From a virus, in the IMG/VR virus record IMGVR_UViG_3300005573_000054, positions 64,001-128,000 of that record: a stretch of 64,000 nt of DNA. One strand, 5' to 3'. This document shows, one piece after another, positions 57,812 to 64,000 of the stretch; positions within the stretch are counted from its first letter, which is position 1; the number at the start of each line of letters is the position of its first letter. A program made the position numbers and the translations under genes. The notes under the pieces were generated by a model. That model searched no databases. It had not been told where the DNA came from and was given only the letters and a program-made list of their open reading frames with translations.

Positions 57812-58714
57812 ATGCCTGGAAACACTTTAGGTTCCAACTTTTTCAATGATAAAAAAATTGTCTCTATAGTAAAATGTAAGAAGTGGGTAACCGATGACCT
57901 CCCACTTGCAAGAGAATTTATGAAAGTAATCCCTCATCTTGAGGATTCTGTCTTTTTTTCATTTAAGAAAGGAGAGTCTCTTAGGTCCCAGCTTCAGAAG
58001 TTTTTTCTAAAAACTAGTGAAAAGACATCAGGTTTCAACTCAATAGCTGGTCTTGCTACCTCAGACTTTATCCTCGTTAACACGTTTTTTAGGTCAGGTC
58101 TGGCTAACGAAGAAGAAGTTCTACATACTCCCGTTCCAGTTAGGTTTAGAGCATGGGCTGTTTTGTTCCACGAATTAACCCATTTTATCTGTAACCAGTC
58201 TAATTATTTATTTCTTAAGAGCAAAGATAAGTTATTTGAATTTTACTTCGAACTCTATTCCAAATGTTTTTCTTCGAGTAATCTATCTCAATACCCAAAA
58301 AGTATTGCTGGGTTGTATGTTGATCTTCTTCGTAGTGCTACTTCCGGAGAATCAGAAAAACTTCATAATACGTTATATAAAAATCTGAAGTCGTTTTTGT
58401 TGAAAAACTCATCAAAAGCCTCTGATAAGAAGCTTCTTGAACAGATTCTTGAAGTAGCGAATATCCTTAATAGCGCTAAAGCAGAGTCAGTAGCAATGGC
58501 TCTCCTTAAGAGGAAGTTGCTTCAAGAGACTTTTAGACAGGTGTATGATCAAGTGTTTAAACTTGGTAATGTTGCTACTAGAACTACATTGTTTGGACAA
58601 GAGATTCTTATCCCTTCTGAGGTTCTTGCTGTAGTAGCTGGAGATGTCATCTTTAAGAATAAGTATTCGATGGTTATTTGTAAAAGTATCCTTCAGTATT
58701 TTCTTGAGGGGTAA
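57812..58714 (+). CDS. Hypothetical protein with an HExxH motif
   Basis: VLFHELTHF. Confidence 0.55.
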   Translation: MPGNTLGSNFFNDKKIVSIVKCKKWVTDDLPLAREFMKVIPHLEDSVFFSFKKGESLRSQLQKFFLKTSEKTSGFNSIAGLATSDFILVNTFFRSGLANEEEVLHTPVPVRFRAWAVLFHELTHFICNQSNYLFLKSKDKLFEFYFELYSKCFSSSNLSQYPKSIAGLYVDLLRSATSGESEKLHNTLYKNLKSFLLKNSSKASDKKLLEQILEVANILNSAKAESVAMALLKRKLLQETFRQVYDQVFKLGNVATRTTLFGQEILIPSEVLAVVAGDVIFKNKYSMVICKSILQYFLEG

Positions 58715-58810
58715 GAAGATGAATTTGTTCTCTATAGAGTATATGGAGGGTGGAAAGTATTAAAATTAGTTTAAATAATGAAAAATTTCAAAAAGGAGGA
58801 TTCAAAAGAA

Positions 58811-59560
58811 ATGAGTAGTGTTTTGTGGTTAGATGATGATTGGGATGGTTATCTTCTTGAGGCAAAGATGAGGAAAAGGGCCGCGAAAAAGAGAGCAATA
58901 AAGAGAGCTCTTCGTAAAAAGGCAATGAAGAAGCTTGCTGAGGCTTATCACTATTTGGCGCTTCTTGAAAATGAAAATCCAGAAACAAATCCAACAACAG
59001 ATTCACCAAAACTTTCTGATGAACAAATCAAAGAACTACATAAACAAAGGGAAACAGAGGCCAAAGGTGCACTCAGAGAGTTAGTTAAAAAGTTTGCAGC
59101 AGAACACAATCTCACAGATGACCAGATAAATGCGACTGTTGATAGATTATATGACGCGTGTATGAAAGATTTTATACGTGCATCAATATCCAAAGAAGAT
59201 GTGTTGAAATTTATGAAGGGAGAAGGTTTCTTCAAGAGATTATGGAATAAAGTTGTAGCAGGGTTTAAATTCTTAGGAAAACCTTTCACTAAGATTGCAA
59301 AGTTCGTTAAAGATCAGTGGAATAAAGACACTCATAAGTGGTGGAGAAGAATAGGTCTAATCGCAGCTGCTTTAGCAGTAGTAGTATTGCTTATACTTGG
59401 TCGTAGGTATATTTGGGCCTTTTTAAAGTTCTTGGGGGGACTTGCAAAAAGAGGTTTCGATGCCGTAAAGAATTTCTTTGCAAGGATATTTGGTGGAAAC
59501 AAGAGTGCTGAAGAGATTCGAAACGATGTAATCAACGTCGTCTCGTTGTACGATATGTAA
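58811..59560 (+). CDS. Putative internal head/ejection protein with an L-x-E-bounded basic leader and a TM helix
   Basis: ATG 58811 follows AAGGAGGA; YLLE-AKMRKRAAKKR..KKLAE; hydrophobic IGLIAAALAVVVLLILG. Confidence 0.55.
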   Translation: MSSVLWLDDDWDGYLLEAKMRKRAAKKRAIKRALRKKAMKKLAEAYHYLALLENENPETNPTTDSPKLSDEQIKELHKQRETEAKGALRELVKKFAAEHNLTDDQINATVDRLYDACMKDFIRASISKEDVLKFMKGEGFFKRLWNKVVAGFKFLGKPFTKIAKFVKDQWNKDTHKWWRRIGLIAAALAVVVLLILGRRYIWAFLKFLGGLAKRGFDAVKNFFARIFGGNKSAEEIRNDVINVVSLYDM

Positions 59561-59576
59561 CAAGCAAAAGGGTGCT

Positions 59577-60236
59577 TTGTATGTTATTAGTGCAAAGCAC
59601 CCCACGTTGAAGGAGCAAATAATTATGGGTTTTTATACAACGTCTCTACTCTCAAGACCTCTCTTTGAGTATATACACAAAAAAGCTCCACGGTTAAGTA
59701 ATATTATAAATAAGGGTATGGAAGTGGGTGCTATGGCTCAAGACGTATTATCTATGTATAATGCATACAGTAGCGTTAAAGCGGTTTACAGTTTAGCCAA
59801 AACTTTCATTAAACTACGCAAGGAATCTGAAAAGAAGGAAACTAAAGAAACGGATACTGAATCAACCGAGCTAAAAGACGAAGATTTTTTTCTTCCAGAG
59901 GACGAATCTACACCTTCTTCATCAATACTTGAAGCTTCTATGAATTCCAATCTTTCTCGCAGTAGAATAGTTGCGAGTGCTCTTACAAAGAAGTTCGAAC
60001 ATATTAATCCAAAAATGTCCGATTTAATGCGAAAAACAATTCAACTTGCTGTGAAGTTACCTCCTAAAGAGCAACAAGAGATTTTAACTGGAGTAGCTTC
60101 AATAGCTATAGGTAGTTCTCTTAGACAAAAAGGAGCGTCACCGGAAGCAGCTCAAAAGGCAACCCTTCTTACCACAGCTTCTATGCTTAAGGGAAGATGG
60201 GATCTTGTTAAAAAACTCACTAAAAAAGCATCTTAA
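59577..60236 (+). CDS. Hypothetical protein (possible internal virion protein)
   Basis: 219-aa ORF; acidic tract ending in SILE-A; start uncertain. Confidence 0.5.
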   Translation: MYVISAKHPTLKEQIIMGFYTTSLLSRPLFEYIHKKAPRLSNIINKGMEVGAMAQDVLSMYNAYSSVKAVYSLAKTFIKLRKESEKKETKETDTESTELKDEDFFLPEDESTPSSSILEASMNSNLSRSRIVASALTKKFEHINPKMSDLMRKTIQLAVKLPPKEQQEILTGVASIAIGSSLRQKGASPEAAQKATLLTTASMLKGRWDLVKKLTKKAS

Positions 60237-60255
60237 CCCTTTTTAAATAACATAG

Positions 60256-60936
60256 ATGACAAATTTCTTTGATGTCTATAGGCAAAACTATTATGTTCAG
60301 AAGTATATACAACTTCTTCATGATAAGTATCGTATAGTTCAACGTATTATCACTACAGACTATTTTCTGTTCGATGTATCATCCTCGACATTACAAGTAG
60401 AGTTACTTCAAGGTGGAAGTTACCAGGAGATTGGACCCTATTCTCCTATAAAGTATATTTGCGTAAAGGGATGGCCACTTTCGTTATTTTCGAACTACAC
60501 AATTTCATCTGTAGGAACTGAGTTTGGAATAGTTAACGAGACAGAACTTGAATGTCTCTTTACTTATTACGAAGGTTGCTTTAAACCCTCCTTACAAGAC
60601 CTTGTTGTTATAATGTTTGGAGTGGAGTCCCAAGAACATAAATATTATCTTCCTGTGTTTCGTGTAGCTAATATAGAAGTAATGTCTCTTTATAAGTCAA
60701 GTTTCTATAAGTTGAAGTTGGTAACGTCAGGAAAGAGATATCACGATCTGCGGAATTATTGGAATCAAGTTGTACAGACGTATATCTTTGATGAGATGTC
60801 AAAGAAGATATTACCTCCTGATTCTTATCGTCTCATCAATGAGATACGATTAAGAAAAAGAAATTATGTGGATGAACTCAGTGTTGAAAAAACCATAGGA
60901 AATTATATCTCTTCATTGGGTGTTACTGGACTTTGA
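60256..60936 (+). CDS. Hypothetical structural protein (possible neck/head-closure protein)
   Basis: Beta-rich; P...DLV..FRV.NIE..YKLKL pattern; weak support. Confidence 0.4.
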   Translation: MTNFFDVYRQNYYVQKYIQLLHDKYRIVQRIITTDYFLFDVSSSTLQVELLQGGSYQEIGPYSPIKYICVKGWPLSLFSNYTISSVGTEFGIVNETELECLFTYYEGCFKPSLQDLVVIMFGVESQEHKYYLPVFRVANIEVMSLYKSSFYKLKLVTSGKRYHDLRNYWNQVVQTYIFDEMSKKILPPDSYRLINEIRLRKRNYVDELSVEKTIGNYISSLGVTGL

Positions 60937-61882
60937 AAACTTTATAGGAGAACTATCTCTAATGTTGAGAGAAGAGATCGAGAAAAACGTAGTTATCCTT
61001 GAGACACTCGAGTCGACGTTTATTACTTATTCCCGGGGAAGCGTTGTTTACCAACAGTTTTACAGTACGTTTCTAAAAGTAGTTCCTAAAGAGCTGATAC
61101 AGAGTGGATGGGATATAATTAAAGAGTACTTCTCTCAGAGACTTCCTAAACTGCTTTCTTCGCCTTACGCAGGTTACTGGTTTTATTGCGTAGATCTTGC
61201 GTATAGAGCGATTGATAGGAATTATCAGCTTGTTACCGAATTTCTCCGACGGCTTAATAGAGTTTACACACTTATTCATATAAATTCACTTGTATTTAAA
61301 TTTATCCCACACCATTTCGATCCTGAGACTTGGAACAAAGCGGTTATTTCTTCGAAAGTAAAATATCTTAAGATGGGTCATGAGTTTGTAGCAGATGTTT
61401 TTTCAAAGTCGTTGACTAAACGTCTTGAAGAGAAATACTTCAATATGGGAAGAAGAGGGCTTATAAAAGCTTATTTTGAGCTTCGACATAGAGTAGCACA
61501 GATGATTAAACATGTTATTACTACGTATTATGTTCTAGCTCGAGTTAAACAGTCGAAGACCTCAGTTAGTAATGAGCAATACGTTAGTAGATCACTTATC
61601 TTCCTTCACCAACTTTCTTTGAGTCCTCCAGAGATTCAAGAAGACTTCGTCTCTCAGTTGCATGAGTGTGAAGCCATCACAAGAAAGTTTATCGAGAATT
61701 TTTCGAATATCAACCAGCAGAGTTTAGAATTTGTTGTTAGGAATATTGTTCAAGGAGTGTCAGACGTTTCATTCTATCTCAATAATATTACCTTCAAAGA
61801 AGTTGTTGATTCTATTCAAGAAGAGCTTTCACCCGAAGTAGTAGAATGTATTATAGAAATTATTAAAAGGTCAATTAGGTAA
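60920..61882 (+). CDS. Hypothetical helical protein
   Basis: 320-aa ORF in the gene run. Confidence 0.6.
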   Translation: MLLDFENFIGELSLMLREEIEKNVVILETLESTFITYSRGSVVYQQFYSTFLKVVPKELIQSGWDIIKEYFSQRLPKLLSSPYAGYWFYCVDLAYRAIDRNYQLVTEFLRRLNRVYTLIHINSLVFKFIPHHFDPETWNKAVISSKVKYLKMGHEFVADVFSKSLTKRLEEKYFNMGRRGLIKAYFELRHRVAQMIKHVITTYYVLARVKQSKTSVSNEQYVSRSLIFLHQLSLSPPEIQEDFVSQLHECEAITRKFIENFSNINQQSLEFVVRNIVQGVSDVSFYLNNITFKEVVDSIQEELSPEVVECIIEIIKRSIR

Positions 61883-61895
61883 GAAGTAGGTTGTT

Positions 61896-64000
61896 ATGGC
61901 TACTTTTATTCCGTCTCTTGCCACTCGATCGCTAATATATGCTGCAAAGTATGTTCCATCGAAAATTCTATCGAGAAAGAGAGAACCTTCTGAATCTCCG
62001 CTTTCTCGGAAGCTTTTAGGTGAAAGTAGACGGATTAAAGCATTAATTCCTGTAAATATTTCACGGCTAAGAGCGCTTCCAGAGAAACTTGAAATCTCTA
62101 GACGTGAGTTGAAAACACTGTCAGTAGCTTCTGTTTCTCCAGTAGTCGCGGCTTTCCAGTCGCTAGTTGCCGATGAGCAAGACGTTATCTCTGCAAATTT
62201 TGAAAAGCAAAATGAAATCATCTCTGAACAAGTGAGAGAGACAAAAGGCATTAAATTCTTTCTTGAAGAGAAGTTGTCTGGAGTGATCGGTAGTGGTTTT
62301 TGGGAGTATCTGGGTATTAGTAAAGGTCTGCTAAAGAAAGGGTTTGTTGCTTGGCTTGCTTCTATACCTATACTTGAACGATTCGCCTTTCAACCTGGAT
62401 TTAGTAAAGGACAGCTCGTAAGTGACGCGCTGAGACAGTTTACCACGACTTTGTTAGGTAAAGGTAGTGTAGTATCAGGAATTGCGTCAATTTTCGCAGA
62501 CACTTTTATAGGAAAATTCTTTGAGAGACTTTCAGAGCCAAAGAGTGCTTTCGGAAAACGTCTATCTGCATTTTTCAAGTTTATAGAGACAATGCCTACT
62601 AAGGCACCGCTATTGACTGATGTTTTGCTTAGACAACTGTACTCAAAATCACCCTTTTTGGGTATGGCTGGAAGCGCTCTTGGAGGTATGAAACCATCAC
62701 AAACTCTTAAATACCTGTGGATGCCTCGACTTATACCTGGATGGTCGTCTCTGCCAATTATACAGATGTTCATTGAAGGATTTCAGGCAAGTCTTAAGAA
62801 AATCCTTGAAGCCACTGAGAAAGCAAGAGAAAAGCTTCTTTCGTCTTTGGAAAGTCGTTTTACTAAATTACAAGAAAGCACCTCAAATTTTCTTGATAGA
62901 TGGTCGATAGGGTTTTTCAAGAGGTTCTCGAGGTTTCTTCTAGAAGAAATTCCTAGACGGATATCTGCGAGAGAGACTCTTACTAAGGGTCTCGTTAGAT
63001 CTCTGTTGCTTATCTCTCCCGAGTATAGAATGGTTGAGGGTTTAGTGACGGGAAAGACGTGGCAAATTATATATGGACAGTTTGGTAAAAAATTTCCAGT
63101 ATTGTATAAAGTCTTGAACATTGGTAAGTTTGTCGAAGATCTAGTCTTGTTCCCTTTGAAAAAAATCTTCCAGTTTCTTGATGAAAGGACAAAAGGCTTC
63201 TTATCGAGACTACGCAAGAGGATTCAAGATATCTTTAGTTTTATTATGCGAAGTATGTTCATAATGAGCTCTGATTTGTTAAAAGTGTTTTCCTCTAAGA
63301 TCGTACCAGAGGTTCTAAAGTTTGTCTTGGTTAAGATTCCATCTACTTTTTATAAAGAAATGAGAAAGATTTATGAGTCAGAGTTTTTCGTCTTTGTGAG
63401 GAAAAAGTTTAAAGAATTGTTCCAGGAAGTAAAAGGTGGCTTTTTGAAACTGGTTAGTGTAATAGGAAAACCATTTTCCAAAATACTTAAAGGAATAGGA
63501 GGATGGTTCTCTAAACCGTTTGAATTAATCAAGGAAAGATTTCCTGGAATTTTTGGAAAAGTATTTGAGAAAGTTCTTGTACCTTTGAGAAAAATTGGTG
63601 AGACCCCAATCGGAAGATATTTGAAGAGCGTGCGTGAGAGGGCTCTTAAGAGAGAGGCAGAAAGACAACCTCTATTAGGAGCTATATGGCAGGAGATGAA
63701 GGGTCTTCGTGGAGATTTTACGAGTGAAGTGATGAAGAAAGTTTCTTCTTTGCTTGAAGAGATTAGACAAAAAACTTCTGATGTTGCTGGTGAGGTTTCT
63801 TCTTCGAAGGGAATTCTACAAAAGGTTCTTGAAAAGTTTAGTTCTGTGATAGAAGAATCGTGGATTAGAGTGAGGCAAGTTTTGGGTCAAGAGCCACCTT
63901 ATTATAAAAGTAAAAGATCTGAAAGTTACGTATATACTAGTGAAAGAGCGTTTGAGAAAGAACGGAAGAAACTTCTAGAAGAGAAAAGGAGGCAGTTAGA
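61896..64000 (+). CDS. Long helical protein, probable tape-measure protein, 3'-truncated and absent from the ORF track
   Basis: ATG 61896 (MATFIPSLATRS..). The frame reads open at the start and end where checked. Amphipathic repeats such as GFLKLVSVIGKPFSKILKGIGGWFSKPF. Confidence 0.6.
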   Translation, partial: MATFIPSLATRSLIYAAKYVPSKILSRKREPSESPLSRKLLGESRRIKALIPVNISRLRALPEKLEISRRELKTLSVASVSPVVAAFQSLVADEQDVISANFEKQNEIISEQVRETKGIKFFLEEKLSGVIGSGFWEYLGISKGLLKKGFVAWLASIPILERFAFQPGFSKGQLVSDALRQFTTTLLGKGSVVSGIASIFADTFIGKFFERLSEPKSAFGKRLSAFFKFIETMPTKAPLLTDVLLRQLYSKSPFLGMAGSALGGMKPSQTLKYLWMPRLIPGWSSLPIIQMFIEGFQASLKKILEATEKAREKLLSSLESRFTKLQESTSNFLDRWSIGFFKRFSRFLLEEIPRRISARETLTKGLVRSLLLISPEYRMVEGLVTGKTWQIIYGQFGKKFPVLYKVLNIGKFVEDLVLFPLKKIFQFLDERTKGFLSRLRKRIQDIFSFIMRSMFIMSSDLLKVFSSKIVPEVLKFVLVKIPSTFYKEMRKIYESEFFVFVRKKFKELFQEVKGGFLKLVSVIGKPFSKILKGIGGWFSKPFELIKERFPGIFGKVFEKVLVPLRKIGETPIGRYLKSVRERALKREAERQPLLGAIWQEMKGLRGDFTSEVMKKVSSLLEEIRQKTSDVAGEVSSSKGILQKVLEKFSSVIEESWIRVRQVLGQEPPYYKSKRSESYVYTSERAFEKERKKLLEEKRRQL

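Noticed and set aside
61871-63217. Minus-strand ORFs of 126-144 aa
   Set aside because: Antisense shadows of the long + strand ORF starting at 61896.

Overview
A 64 kb AT-rich segment of a large contractile-tailed (myovirus-type) bacteriophage genome. Essentially all genes are on the + strand, many with AGGAGG-type ribosome-binding sites. Positions 1-13.5 kb hold nucleotide metabolism and replication genes: class III ribonucleotide reductase split into two ORFs, AdoMet decarboxylase, a family B DNA polymerase fused to a family-4 uracil-DNA glycosylase domain, a Holliday-junction resolvase, a TGT-like enzyme and a DnaB-like helicase. Positions 13.6-28.5 kb hold a charge-block repeat protein, baseplate genes, tail sheath and tail tube. 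A GC-rich, multiply pseudoknotted candidate ncRNA lies at 28.6-28.8 kb, followed by an SF2 helicase. Positions 30-55 kb form a modular tail-fibre/adhesin region with 30 kelch-like blades in three genes, two glycosyltransferases and a spanin/holin/transglycosylase lysis cassette that implies a diderm host. Positions 56-64 kb hold a tail chaperone pair with a -1 slippery site, a gp25-like gene, candidate internal head proteins and a tape-measure-like ORF running off the end. No capsid, terminase, portal, tRNA, CRISPR array or integrase was recognised. Best candidates for novelty: (1) the ~190-nt pseudoknotted RNA with its own -10 box; (2) a putative polyprotein of protamine-like peptides delimited by L-x-E protease sites; (3) blade-level shuffling among beta-propeller adhesins with dedicated partner genes. 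All calls come from reading motifs by eye; no database searches or folding programs were run.
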